Shown one piece after another: positions 10,619 to 20,239 of a DNA stretch of 64,000 nucleotides. The notes below the pieces were generated by a model. That model saw nothing but the letters and a program-made list of their open reading frames with translations. It was not told the origin of the DNA and ran no database searches. Numbering within the stretch: the first letter of the stretch is position 1; each line of letters starts with the position of its first letter. The translations under genes were made by a program, and so were the position numbers. Source of the DNA: an uncultured Gemmatimonadales bacterium (GTDB taxonomy: Bacteria; Gemmatimonadota; Gemmatimonadetes; Gemmatimonadales; GWC2-71-9); contig CAWCMH010000001.1 of the NCBI GenBank assembly GCA_963796635.1, positions 11,709-75,708 on the forward strand, read 5' to 3'.

Positions 10619-11793
10619 GCCGGAAACTCGACCACGAACGTCGCGCCGCGCGGTGCGTCGGCCAGGCCGATCGTGCCGCCATGCTGCTCGATGGTCTGCC
10701 GCACGATGGCGAGTCCCAGTCCCGTCCCCGCGGGTTTGTCGGTGTAGTAGGGCTGGAAGATCTTGTCGCGGTTGGCGGCGGGAATGCCGGGCCCGCTGTC
10801 GCGGAAGGTGATGCGAATGCAGCCCTCGTCGAGTGCGACCGCGACGTCCAGCGATCCCTCGCCGTGACAGGCTTCGACGGCGTTGCGCACGATGTTGCTG
10901 AACGCGCGTCGCAGCGGATCGTAGTGCCCGACGAGCGTGACATCGGGCCGATCGCATGTGAAGGTGGATTGCATGCCTTCCGGCACCGCGTTGCGCAGCA
11001 GGTCCTCGAGCAATTCACACAGGTCCACCGCGGCCGCCACGCCTTCCGGAAGCCGGCCGAGCTCGGCGAAGTCGCGCGCCATCGCTTCGAGTCGTGCCGA
11101 TTCCGTGCCGATCACGTCGAGCGCGTCACGCCACTCGGGGGGCGCGTTGCGCGAGAGCTGTCGCACGGCGAGGCGAATCGGTGTCAACGGATTCTTCATT
11201 TCGTGCGCGACGCGACGGGCCACCTCGCCAAAGGCGCGCAGCCGCTCGGCCTCGAGCTCGGCGGCGCGGGCCTGCTCCAGTCCGGCTTGCAGCGTGTAGA
11301 GCGATTGCTGCAACGTCACCAGCTCCGGCGTGGCCCGGCGCGACTGCACCTGCGGCAGCGGGTCGTGCCGGAGAATGCGTCGCGTCCAGTCGACGATCTC
11401 GTTGAGCGGCGCGGCGTACTGCCGCGACAGCATCGCTCCCGCGCCGACCACGAGCAGCACGAAGAAACCGACGACCAGGATCAACGCTACGGCTGCACGC
11501 TCGCCCCATTGCCGTTCGGCGCCGGGTGTCTGCGTCGCGGCGATCATCAGGGAGCGCACACTGTCGTCGTGCTGCTGCAGAGCGGTCCGCTGCGCCGGAG
11601 TGAGCGCAGCCTGACTGAGCTGGGCAAAGGCGCGTGATTCGGTCCGCCCGACCGGGAAGATGTCGGTGTCGGGATTGAGGCGCGGCTGGTGCTTCACCGC
11701 CCAGACGCCGGCCACCGCCATCACCGCCAGCGGAAAGGCGCTGACCGTGAGGAGGGCGATGAACAGGCGGGCTCGAAAGGAGAGGCGGGACAC
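10615..11793 (-). CDS. membrane sensor histidine kinase (2 TM, HAMP, HisKA, HATPase; NtrY/NtrB-like)
   Basis: TM segments [24 protein letters not shown] and [24 protein letters not shown]-box [13 protein letters not shown]-box IVRNAVEA, G-boxes DSGPGI and GTGLGLAIV. Confidence 0.85.
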   Translation of the reverse strand: MSRLSFRARLFIALLTVSAFPLAVMAVAGVWAVKHQPRLNPDTDIFPVGRTESRAFAQLSQAALTPAQRTALQQHDDSVRSLMIAATQTPGAERQWGERAAVALILVVGFFVLLVVGAGAMLSRQYAAPLNEIVDWTRRILRHDPLPQVQSRRATPELVTLQQSLYTLQAGLEQARAAELEAERLRAFGEVARRVAHEMKNPLTPIRLAVRQLSRNAPPEWRDALDVIGTESARLEAMARDFAELGRLPEGVAAAVDLCELLEDLLRNAVPEGMQSTFTCDRPDVTLVGHYDPLRRAFSNIVRNAVEACHGEGSLDVAVALDEGCIRITFRDSGPGIPAANRDKIFQPYYTDKPAGTGLGLAIVRQTIEQHGGTIGLADAPRGATFVVEFPA

Positions 11794-11811
11794 GGTGCAA
11801 AGTTAGCCACC

Positions 11812-11832
11812 GGCGTGTGAATCAGACACGCC
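11812..11832. promoter_or_regulatory. perfect 7-bp inverted repeat GGCGTGT-N7-ACACGCC, candidate enhancer (UAS) for the adjacent sigma-54 promoter
   Basis: Read directly. Lies about 85-100 nt upstream of the predicted start site of the 11889..11904 promoter, in the divergent HK / TonB-like intergenic region. Confidence 0.3.
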
Positions 11833-11888
11833 TGCGTCGGACGAAGCGGCCGGCCGGACGACTTGATGTTCCGGGCCCAACCGGGCTT

Positions 11889-11904
11889 TGGCACCGCTCC
11901 TGCA
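11889..11904 (+). promoter_or_regulatory. sigma-54 (-24/-12) promoter candidate TGGCAC-CGCTC-CTGCA upstream of the TonB-like receptor operon
   Basis: Exact TGGCAC, GG-N10-GC spacing, about 65 nt upstream of ATG 11969, correct strand, intergenic. Confidence 0.5.
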
Positions 11905-11968
11905 CCATGCCAGGCATCCACCGGCCACCGTTCCGGCCGGCCCATGAGCCTTTTCCGACTGGATCGCC

Positions 11969-14900
11969 ATGCCGATGCGGTGTGTAGCCCGGAGGTTTGC
12001 CTCGTTCATTGCGCTTCTCGGCCTGAGCCTCTGCTCATTGGGCCCCGGCCCCCTCGAGGCCCAGAGTCTTACCGCGGGGGGGCTTACCGCGACGATCATG
12101 GACGAGCGCGGTGTCCTTATGCGTGACGTGACGGTGACCGTCGAGCAGGCCGGAGCGGCGCTCCGCACCCTCCAGACAACCCACGCCGGCGTCGTCAATT
12201 TTCCGATCCTGGCCCCCGGCAGCTACAGCGTCCTCGCCGAGCAGCTCGGCTATCAGCCGGTGCGGATGACCGGTGTGGTGGTCGTCAGCGGCGGTGCGAC
12301 GCGAATCACGTTTCGCCTGGTTCGCAAGCCACCGCCCATCAACACTGTCGACGTGGTGGCATCAAACGCACAGGTGACCACGGGGTCGACCGGGGAGACG
12401 CTGTCCGGGACTGACCTGCTCGCCTTTGCACGCCGGGAGGATGTCACCAACACCAGTAGTGCCTTCGCCAGGGCCGACGCGCCGCTCGACGGGAGGGACG
12501 GCTGGATCGAGAGCGGTGACGGCCTGGCCCCGCGATTCTCGACACTGGTCGTCGACGGCGTGCGCGAAGTGCTGCTCCGTCAGCCGGCACTGCGCGGCGA
12601 TCCGGTCACCGCTCCGCTGTTCGGGCGGGATGCGCTCGGACAGGCATCGTTCAGCCAATTCGCGGCCGACGCCGAGTGGCCGGCGGCGGCGGGCGATCTG
12701 CTCAGCGCGCAGTCGGCGCGAGGCGGCCCGCGGTTCACCTTCGATCCGTGGCTCACGGTGTCGAGCGCCAAGGTCGGCGATCGTCATGCCGACAATCCCG
12801 CTGATTCGAGCGCCACATCGGTGCGGGCAGGATTCAGCATGGGCGGCCCGATCAAGGGCGACACCGCCGGCTGGTTCGTGCAAGCCGATTATCAGCACAT
12901 CGCGCTTCCCTCGGCGGATCCATTTGCTGCCGGCATCGCGGGCCCGGATTCAGGGGACGTTGCGGCGGCGATCGGCGCGGCCGCCGGGCAGTATCATCAG
13001 GATGTCGGTCGCTGGGTCTCGCCCACGGTGCGCACTTGGGAGGGCGGCAGTGGACTCGCCCGCCTCGACTGGCGCTTCGGCGCCAACACGCTGCTGGCGG
13101 TGCGCGCCGGCGGGGCGTCGTGGAGCGAGGACAATGCCGACGTGGGGCAGGAGCTCGTCAATGGCGCCGGGTCACGGTTGCAGGCGCACGATGTCAGTGG
13201 GTCGGCTGCGCTGACCACGGGCGGCGACTCGTGGTCGAGCGACACGCGCGTCGGCGTGCATAGCAGTTCGCGTGACTGGACTGGTGCGGCATTGCCGTAC
13301 ACCGGCATGGTCGGCGACGGCATCGCCATCGGCGGCGCGTTCACGCTGCCCGGCAACTTCAGCGACAACGGTGTCGGTCTCTACGAAACTGTCACGTTGC
13401 ACGCCGGCGACCACACGGTCAAGCTGGGCGGATCGGTGGAAGGCCGGACGATCAATTACAGCTGGCTTCCCGGATCGAGCGGCCGCTACGAGTTTGGTGA
13501 TGTCGCATCGTTCGCGGCCGATGAGGGCGCGTACTACCAGGCATTCCGTTCCGCCGCGGCACCCGACCTGCCCATCCATGATGTGACGTTGTTCGCCGAG
13601 GACTCGTGGCGTCCCCTGACAGGGCTCGAGCTGTTTGGCGGTGTGCAGTACGCACGCGAATCGCTGCCGACCGGCGTGATCCAGTTCGATTCCGTCTGGT
13701 CGTACACGTCGGGCGTTCGCAACGACGCCGTCCCGACCGACAGCAAATCCGGCGGGTTCGGGCCACGCGGCGGCTTCACCTGGGATGCCAGCGGTACGGG
13801 CGCCACCACGGTGCGCGGCGACGTCGGCATTGCGCCCGGGCACTTCGATGAATTGGCACTTGCCGAGGTGGCGCAATTCGACGGCGACGTGACGGTACGT
13901 CGTGCCACCGGGGCGCTGACGTGGCCCGCAGTCGGCACCGATGCCGGAACGGCCGTCGGGCAGTCCCTCACGCTGTTCAATTTCGGCGTCCGCAAGCCGC
14001 GCAGTTACAAGTCGAGCCTGTCGCTCACGCAGCGACTGGGATCGGCCGCGACCCTGACAATCCATGGCGCGTACTACCACACCGACTACCTGCTGCGCCG
14101 CACCGACATGAATCGCCCGGCCGGTTCAGTGGCGACCGGCAGCGACGGCCGGCCGATCTACGGATCGCTAGTGCAGTATGGTGGACTCATCACGCCTGCC
14201 GTGGGGTCGAATCGCCGATTCGATCAATTCGACATGGTGTACGGGTTGACGTCCGACGGCTACACCAATGACTACGAGGCCGGCGTGACTCTGGAGCGTC
14301 ATGTGGGTCGCGGCATCGATGCGTTGCTTGCCTATGTCTACTCACGCACCACCGACAACCTGCCGGGCCAGCTCAGCGCCGACCCCGCGGACCAGTTGTC
14401 ACCGTTTCCGGACGGCCTGAATGGCGCATCGTGGGACCCAGGCCGATCCGACCTCGACATTCCCCACCGCGTGGCGTTCACGGTGACGTACACGTCGCCG
14501 GGAGCGGCGCCCTTCACGCTGGCGGCGCGCTATCGGTACCGCTCCGGATTGCCGTTCACGCCGGGCTTTCGCCCGGGCGTCGACGCCAACGGTGACGGCT
14601 CGGGTGGCAATGATCCGGCGTATCTCGGCGGCGACATCAGCGGTGTGAATGCGCTGGCCGGCAGTAATGCCTGCCTCGGCTCACAACTCAACCAGATCGC
14701 GAGCCGGAACAGTTGTCGCGATCCCGGTGTACAGGCGCTCGACCTGACGCTCGGCGTTCCGCTGCCGATCGGTGGTTCGCATCGAGTGCAACTCACCGTC
14801 GACGCCTTCAACCTCGCCGGGTCGGCAACCGGATTGTACGATCATGCGGCGGTGCTGGTCGATCCTGCGGGCACCATCACCTATGACGGCAGCGGTCATC

Positions 14901-14998
14901 TGGTGCTGCCCCTGATCGCCAATCCCGATTTTGGCCAACTGCTCAGCCGGCGCGGCATCCCGCGCCAGATCCGGGTCGGATTCCGGGTGGAGAATTGA
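11969..14998 (+). CDS. TonB-dependent-receptor-like outer-membrane protein with N-terminal carboxypeptidase-regulatory-like domain
   Basis: Signal peptide. The segment GLTATIMDERGVLMRDVTVTVEQAG...GSYSVLAEQLGYQPV...RITFRL is CarboxypepD_reg-like. About 850 aa follow, rich in Gly/Tyr/Asp alternating beta-strand-like sequence. Intact 1009-aa ORF. Confidence 0.75.
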   Translation: MPMRCVARRFASFIALLGLSLCSLGPGPLEAQSLTAGGLTATIMDERGVLMRDVTVTVEQAGAALRTLQTTHAGVVNFPILAPGSYSVLAEQLGYQPVRMTGVVVVSGGATRITFRLVRKPPPINTVDVVASNAQVTTGSTGETLSGTDLLAFARREDVTNTSSAFARADAPLDGRDGWIESGDGLAPRFSTLVVDGVREVLLRQPALRGDPVTAPLFGRDALGQASFSQFAADAEWPAAAGDLLSAQSARGGPRFTFDPWLTVSSAKVGDRHADNPADSSATSVRAGFSMGGPIKGDTAGWFVQADYQHIALPSADPFAAGIAGPDSGDVAAAIGAAAGQYHQDVGRWVSPTVRTWEGGSGLARLDWRFGANTLLAVRAGGASWSEDNADVGQELVNGAGSRLQAHDVSGSAALTTGGDSWSSDTRVGVHSSSRDWTGAALPYTGMVGDGIAIGGAFTLPGNFSDNGVGLYETVTLHAGDHTVKLGGSVEGRTINYSWLPGSSGRYEFGDVASFAADEGAYYQAFRSAAAPDLPIHDVTLFAEDSWRPLTGLELFGGVQYARESLPTGVIQFDSVWSYTSGVRNDAVPTDSKSGGFGPRGGFTWDASGTGATTVRGDVGIAPGHFDELALAEVAQFDGDVTVRRATGALTWPAVGTDAGTAVGQSLTLFNFGVRKPRSYKSSLSLTQRLGSAATLTIHGAYYHTDYLLRRTDMNRPAGSVATGSDGRPIYGSLVQYGGLITPAVGSNRRFDQFDMVYGLTSDGYTNDYEAGVTLERHVGRGIDALLAYVYSRTTDNLPGQLSADPADQLSPFPDGLNGASWDPGRSDLDIPHRVAFTVTYTSPGAAPFTLAARYRYRSGLPFTPGFRPGVDANGDGSGGNDPAYLGGDISGVNALAGSNACLGSQLNQIASRNSCRDPGVQALDLTLGVPLPIGGSHRVQLTVDAFNLAGSATGLYDHAAVLVDPAGTITYDGSGHLVLPLIANPDFGQLLSRRGIPRQIRVGFRVEN

Positions 14999-15993
14999 TG
15001 ATGCGCGACTTCACTCGGTGCTGCGCACTCGTGCTCGGCATTACGGCCTGCACCAATGCCGGCGAACAGAACACGCTGCCGACGCTGACGCGTGGGTCGA
15101 TCGGCGTGGCGGTGTACCTCGATCGCAATGCCACGCACGCGTTCGACGCGGGCGACACCACCTTCGCCGGCGTGCGCGTCGCGCTGCTGCTCCCGGGCGG
15201 CACCGACACACTCCGCACCGCGACGACCAACGATCTCGGCGAGGCCGCGTTCGACTCGCTGCCGATCGGCACGTATCGCATCGCCGTCGATCGTCACGCA
15301 CTCGGCGACTCGATCGGCGTGGTCGCGGGCGACACCGGCACCATCCAGATCGTGGCACTGCCACCGTCGGCTTCGGCGGCGGCGCGGGTGGTTCGTCTCG
15401 GCTTCAGTGAAGTGGATCTGGCACAAGCGCGCGCGCTCCCGGTGGGGCAGCGGGTCATCGTGCGTGCGCGGGTGACCTCGCCGTTGCAGGCGTTCCGCGA
15501 TACGAGCGCTTTTCTCAACGACACGTCAGGATATATCCGCGTGCTGCACGCGGTGCCGCAAACCGGCACGGCCGGCAATGTGGCCGGGGATTCGGTGCTG
15601 GTGCTCGCGACCACCGACAGCGCTGCAGGACAGCCGGTCCTGCGTGACGGGCACTTCACGCGGATCGCGGCGGCCCTGGCACCCACGCCGGTGCTGGTCA
15701 GCGTCGCGGAGGCGCGGACGGCGAACGACGATTCGCTCGACGCCGCGTACGTGCAACTGAGCAACGTGACCATTGTCGACACGATGGCGGCGACGCCCGA
15801 CTTCGCGATCACCGTGGCCGACTCGACCGACAGCACCACCACCATCAAGGTGGTGCTCGATCAACTGCTCAACGCCCCGCACGGTGTGTTCGTGCCCGGG
15901 CGCACGGCAACGTTGCGCGGCGTGCTGATTCCGGCCGGCGACGGGACCTGGTTCCTCAAGCCACGCAGCTCGACGGATGTGGTGCTGAACTAG
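14995..15993 (+). CDS. hypothetical lipoprotein (Cna-B/SdrD-like fold then OB-fold-like modules, tentative)
   Basis: MMMRDFTRCCALVLGITACTN lipobox. GVRVALLLPGG..TTNDLGEAAFDSLPIGTYRIAV. Start overlaps the receptor stop (ATGATGATG), which implies co-transcription. Confidence 0.45.
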   Translation: MMMRDFTRCCALVLGITACTNAGEQNTLPTLTRGSIGVAVYLDRNATHAFDAGDTTFAGVRVALLLPGGTDTLRTATTNDLGEAAFDSLPIGTYRIAVDRHALGDSIGVVAGDTGTIQIVALPPSASAAARVVRLGFSEVDLAQARALPVGQRVIVRARVTSPLQAFRDTSAFLNDTSGYIRVLHAVPQTGTAGNVAGDSVLVLATTDSAAGQPVLRDGHFTRIAAALAPTPVLVSVAEARTANDDSLDAAYVQLSNVTIVDTMAATPDFAITVADSTDSTTTIKVVLDQLLNAPHGVFVPGRTATLRGVLIPAGDGTWFLKPRSSTDVVLN

Positions 15994-17229
15994 ATGGCGT
16001 CCCTGATGCAGCATCGGCTGCTGTTGCTGGCGGCCGTCGTGCTGGGTGGGCTCAACCTGTTGAATCTGGCGCTGGCCGCCTGGTACTGGTCGCGGCTCCG
16101 TCCAGCACGCATCAACGTTCGTCGCATCGTGGCCGGACTCGTGGCCGTGGTCGCGGTCGTCGTCGTGGTGGGCGCCGGAATGGCTGCAGTTTATGTGCAC
16201 CGAAGGGATATCGCGGAATCGTCGCGAGTGACCGTCCCCGGTGAGATCACTTACGGCAGGCTCGGTTCGCTCGGGGGAAAGCGGGTATTGCCGCCCGACG
16301 ATCCATGGAACACACCCGTCGATCACGATCCCGTCGATACGATGTCGGCAAAATATCTTGCCGCGATCGGGCCAGAGGTCGCGCTACATCCCGACTTTGG
16401 TCCGGGGCGATTCGGCATCCATTTGTACGGGATCCCCTACGACGTGGTCGACGGGGCGCACACGCGAACCGTACGGATCCCGTTTGCGTATGCCGGCGAG
16501 AGCGACGACGTGCCGTATCCGATTCCGGGACACGCCGACGTGGAGCAGGGGGGTGACCAGCACCTGATCGTGATCGACGTGACCGGGTGGCGGCTGTACG
16601 AGTTGTTCGGTGCGCATACCGACAACAACGGCGCGAGCTGGCAAGCCGGCGCGGGCGCGGCGTGGAGCCTCAATTCCGACATCAGCCGGCGCGATGGCTG
16701 GACCAGCGCGGATGCGGCCGGCCTGCAGATCTTCCCCGGGTTGGCCCGGGCGGACGAAGTGTACGACCTCCACAGCATCGACCACGCGTTGCGCGTCACC
16801 CTGCCGCTCACGCAGCGTGCGCATGTCTATCCCGCACGTCACGACGCCAGCGCCCAACGCGCCGCGGACTTGCCGCCAATGGGCATGCGGCTGCGACTCA
16901 AGCGGTCGGTGGATCCGGCCTCATTCCCGGCGGGTGCGGCGGTCATCGTGCGGGCGCTGCAGCGTTACGGACTGATTCTGGCCGACAACGGCGGGGCGCT
17001 CTTTGTGAGTGGCACCGCGGATCGCCGCTGGAAGCGATCGGACCTCGAGGCGCTCACGCGGTTGCATGCGAGCGACTTCGAAGTGGTGGCTCCGATTCCG
17101 CCGCCTGGGAGCGACACGACCGCATCGAAGGAAGCCGAACGCCATCACACCGCATCACTGACACGGGCCGTGACCCACATCATTCTCGCACGTAGTGCGA
17201 GAGCAGCCGTGCCGCGGCGACGCCGATAA
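15994..17229 (+). CDS. membrane-anchored conserved hypothetical protein; ectodomain paralogous to the C-terminal domain of 1..1310
   Basis: Two N-terminal hydrophobic helices. Then DDPWNTPVDHDPVD...HPDFGPG..GIPYDVV...GDQHLIVID..RLYELF...WTSADAAGLQIFPGL...HALRVTL...PPMGMRLRLK...ADNGGALFVSG..RW. Starts one nt after the stop of the upstream gene. Confidence 0.5.
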   Translation: MASLMQHRLLLLAAVVLGGLNLLNLALAAWYWSRLRPARINVRRIVAGLVAVVAVVVVVGAGMAAVYVHRRDIAESSRVTVPGEITYGRLGSLGGKRVLPPDDPWNTPVDHDPVDTMSAKYLAAIGPEVALHPDFGPGRFGIHLYGIPYDVVDGAHTRTVRIPFAYAGESDDVPYPIPGHADVEQGGDQHLIVIDVTGWRLYELFGAHTDNNGASWQAGAGAAWSLNSDISRRDGWTSADAAGLQIFPGLARADEVYDLHSIDHALRVTLPLTQRAHVYPARHDASAQRAADLPPMGMRLRLKRSVDPASFPAGAAVIVRALQRYGLILADNGGALFVSGTADRRWKRSDLEALTRLHASDFEVVAPIPPPGSDTTASKEAERHHTASLTRAVTHIILARSARAAVPRRRR

Positions 17230-18390
17230 CCAGGGCTGCGATCTCCACCGCCCATTCCAGCGGTACCATTTGCATCCGCGCCGCGGCGTTGACCAGGATA
17301 TATCCGGCAACCGCGATCGCTCCGGCGCCGAGGCGGATAGTCCAGCCGAGCGGCGACATCAGCCATCCGAGCAATGCGAACCAGCTACCCAGCCACATGG
17401 CCGTCCAGAACAGGGCGTCGCTGCTCACGGTGCTCACGAATGGATGGATGAAGACCCATCCGAGTCCGGCGGACAGCGGCAGCGACTCCCGCCTGTTTGC
17501 TCGCGCGCCGCGCGGCCCACTGACCATCGTCATCTGGTCATGTTCGCGGCGCCAGGTGATCTGCCACGGCTGGTGTGGCGCTGACTCGAATGCTCCGCTG
17601 AAGCGCCACTTCGGCGTGTGCAGCAGCCACGCAGTACCGCGAAGCCGCACATCGACGATCGCATCCTGGCCGATCTCGTCGAGATCCAATTGCTGTGCGG
17701 AATTGGCATCGACAACCCGGACCACCGGCGCCTTTCGCGGTTCCGTCCAGGCGCTGTCGCGAGTGACGATCGCCTGCATCGTCAGCGAGTCGTGCCAGAC
17801 GGGAATGCTGGTGAGAGGTCCTCGGGGATCGGAATGCCATCGACGCTGGCGGCGTGAAGTTGGCCCGAGAAGGGTCGAGCGCCCGGCGACGGCTCGAGCT
17901 GCTGCCCGATCCACGGTGCCGCCTTTGTTGCCGCCGGCTGGAGCGCCACGACTGAGCCGCTCCAGAGCGACGCCATCCACACGAGGATGACGGCGGTGCC
18001 AATCCTCGCGGTGCGGCGTGTCGGCTGAGCGATCGCCTGGAGCAACGGCAGAGCAGTCCAGCCAAGCAGCCCGCCGATGCTGTTGGTCAACACGTCGCCC
18101 AGCGTTCCATCGCGGCCAATCAGTAGATGCGCCTGCGTGGTTTCGATGCCGATCGTGAACGCGGTCATGACCAGCGCGGCGCGCCACCACGGCCAGTCGA
18201 GCGCACGGAGTGCGAGTCCAAGCGGGAAAAAGAGCAGCAGGTTGAGGATCACGTCGGCAGCGCCGGCTTCACCGCAGACGACGCAATACCAGTGGCTTCG
18301 GGCGACTTCCTCGACCGCGAGGGGATGGGAGCGCAGGGTCAGCGCTGCGATCAACAGCGTCCACCCGACCGCGAAAGTGCGCCAGGCCAT
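17180..18390 (-). pseudogene. VanZ-like membrane protein with long C-terminal extension, one frame change (about 17820)
   Basis: N-terminal half from ORF 17782..18459 (start MAWRTFAVGW; LNLLLFFPLGLAL, IETTQ, GDVLTNSIGGLLG = VanZ-like). Continues in the frame of ORF 17180..18190 (LTSIPVWHDSL...) and ends with two more TM helices. Confidence 0.55.
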
Positions 18391-18567
18391 GCCCCGCCAC
18401 CCGGTATGGGAAGCGCGCCTCAGCACGACAACATCCGGTGTGTGGCGAGAGCGACACAAATCACAAGTTGTTGATCCACCTCAGGTTGTCACCGCCGTTC
18501 GCGACCATATCTGCCACTCTACATCCCGCTCGATACGCTGCCGATACTTGGCGCACTGACGAAGTCG

Positions 18568-18710
18568 CGCTGCTCAGAGCACCGCCGGGGAAACCCGGCT
18601 TCGCAGAGCCAGGGAGCTACCGCACCGAACGGTGCCATGCCCGCCCAGCCGCCAGCGACCGTTCCCGCGAGGGAATCACATTCGGGCCGGCTTGCCGGCT
18701 GAGGTGCGCT
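18568..18710 (+). promoter_or_regulatory. conserved structured 5' leader, copy 1 (candidate cis-regulatory RNA) upstream of small lipoprotein gene
   Basis: About 90% identical over the first 93 nt to 21353..21445. Hairpins: GCCGGG-GAAA-CCCGGC (18584-18599), GCACCGAACGGTGC (18622-18635), TTCCC-GCGA-GGGAA (18662-18675), GCCGG-CUUG-CCGGC just before the GAGG Shine-Dalgarno. Confidence 0.45.
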
Positions 18711-19118
18711 GTGCAGCTCGTACGAGTCGTTCCGGCGTTGATGATCGCAGCCTTGGCTGCGTGCAGCAGCGAGACTGCGACCGGTCCGTCGACCACTACA
18801 CCCGCCGGCCCGACGGCCGGGTGGTTGACCGTGCAGCTTACCACCCCCAACAGCAATGATGGCGCGGTGCAGTTCTCGATCGCCGGTCCCGCCATCGACA
18901 GCGTCGCGATCGTCGGCTACGACGGTTTTGCCGCGCGGACCAGCAACGTGGCCAATCTGGTCGTCGACGGGCAGATCACCAGCGGCGACGTGGCGCGCAT
19001 TCTCGTTCCGGACATCTCGCTGGCTGGTGATTACCAGGCCAGCGTGTCGGCTGCCGCGGCGCGCGACAGTTACGAGTTGCAGTCGACGCAAGGCTACCGC
19101 GCCATCATCGTCAGATAG
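18711..19118 (+). CDS. small hypothetical lipoprotein, paralog A
   Basis: GTG start 6 nt after GAGG. VQLVRVVPALMIAALAACSS lipobox. About 65% identical to 21494..21904 (WLTV.L.TP..NDGAVQ...GP..DSVA.VGYDGFAART...VVDG.I.SGD.ARI.VPD...DY.A.VSAAA.RDSY.LQS). Confidence 0.6.
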   Translation: MQLVRVVPALMIAALAACSSETATGPSTTTPAGPTAGWLTVQLTTPNSNDGAVQFSIAGPAIDSVAIVGYDGFAARTSNVANLVVDGQITSGDVARILVPDISLAGDYQASVSAAAARDSYELQSTQGYRAIIVR

Positions 19119-19133
19119 CTGGCGGCGCAACGA

Positions 19134-20130
19134 TCAAGCCACGGTGTGGTGCCGCAGCCGCCATGGCCACCACACGGCACCGGCCAGGAATCCGCAGCCC
19201 CACGCCACGTGGATGATCAGGAAGACCAGCGGCAGCAGCGGCAGGTAGGTCCACTTGCTGCGCGCGGCCGTCACAATGCTGATCCCGATATTCGCGCCGG
19301 CATACACGAACAGGTGCAGCGCGCCGAGCACGCCAAACCAGTGTGTCAACGGCCACGCCGCGACAATCGACAGCACGAACAACGGAGGTATGACCTGACG
19401 CGCGCGCAGCGAGTGCGCGTGCTCCATCAGCGTGCGCACCTTCCAGAAGCCGTAGCGGGTGTACTGGCGCAGCAGCGATGTGAGCGAGCCGCGCACGAAA
19501 TAGGTCGAGCGAATCGTGGGCGACAGATAGACGCGATGGCCTGCTCGGCGCAGGCGCACGTTCATTTCATAATCTTCGTTGACGGCCCAGTCTTCGCGCA
19601 TGCCGCCGATGGCGCGCAGCGTCTCGGTGCGCCAGCAGCCGAGGTAGACGGTGTCGGTGAATTCGGGCGCGGTGGCGTAGCGGTACTTGGCGTCGCCGAC
19701 GCCAAAGCGCGACGACAGCGCCGCGGCGATCGCACCGCTCATCCAGCCGCGACCCGTCGCGTGCTGGATCCCGCCGACGTTGCCGGCGCCGGTTTCGTCG
19801 AGCAGGCGAACGGATTCGCTGATGTAGTCGGCGGGATAGGTGCTGTGCGCGTCGGCACGGAGCAGGTATTCGCCGCGGGCGCGGCCGATGCGCGTGATTG
19901 AACGCGGCGGACTGGATGCGCCGGGGATTGTCGACCAGGATCACCTGCGGATGCCGCTCCGACAGCTGCCGCACCAGCGCGGCCGACTCGTCGGTACTCT
20001 GTCCGTCGTACACCAGCAACTCCGACTCGTCGGCAAGCGGGTCGGCCAGCAGCGACTCGAGACACGCCGTGATGAAGGCCGCTTCGTTGCGGATCGGGAT
20101 GATGACGGTGATGCGGGGATCGGAAGCCAT
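19134..20130 (-). pseudogene. family 2 glycosyltransferase, ExoA-like, one frame change (about 19893)
   Basis: ITVIIPIRNEAAFI...YDGQSTDES...VILVDNPRRIQSAAFN. After the shift: GEYLLRADAHSTYPADYI...GGIQ... then the frame of ORF 19134..19742, with C-terminal TM helices. Confidence 0.8.
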
Positions 20131-20184
20131 GACGCGGCAAAGTTATCCGGACCGGCAGCGTTGAGCGAAGAGAAGGGACAAAAC

Positions 20185-20213
20185 AAAAGGCCACCGCATC
20201 GCGGTGGCCTTTT
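20185..20213. terminator. bidirectional rho-independent terminator hairpin
   Basis: AAAAGGCCACCGC-ATC-GCGGTGGCCTTTT, perfect 13-bp arms flanked by A/T runs, 27 nt downstream of the PEP-CTERM gene stop. Confidence 0.7.
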
Positions 20214-20239
20214 GTGTCCGAGCGAAATTGCCGAGCGGT

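Noticed and set aside
9239-10957. N-terminal extensions of listed ORFs (9239..10957, 53568..55517, 54776..56038, 57670..59361, 61387..62796, 37752..38699)
   Set aside because: The extensions overlap the upstream gene or are Arg-rich non-homologous sequence. Internal starts with ATGA/GTGA coupling or Shine-Dalgarno sequences give family-typical N-termini.
18622-18637. Minus-strand sigma-54-like element TGGCACCGTTCGGTGC inside the conserved leader (also 21407..21422)
   Set aside because: The GG to GC spacing is 11 rather than 10 nt, there is no TTGC, and the downstream minus-strand genes are 230-370 nt away. Kept only as an alternative DNA-level reading of the palindrome.
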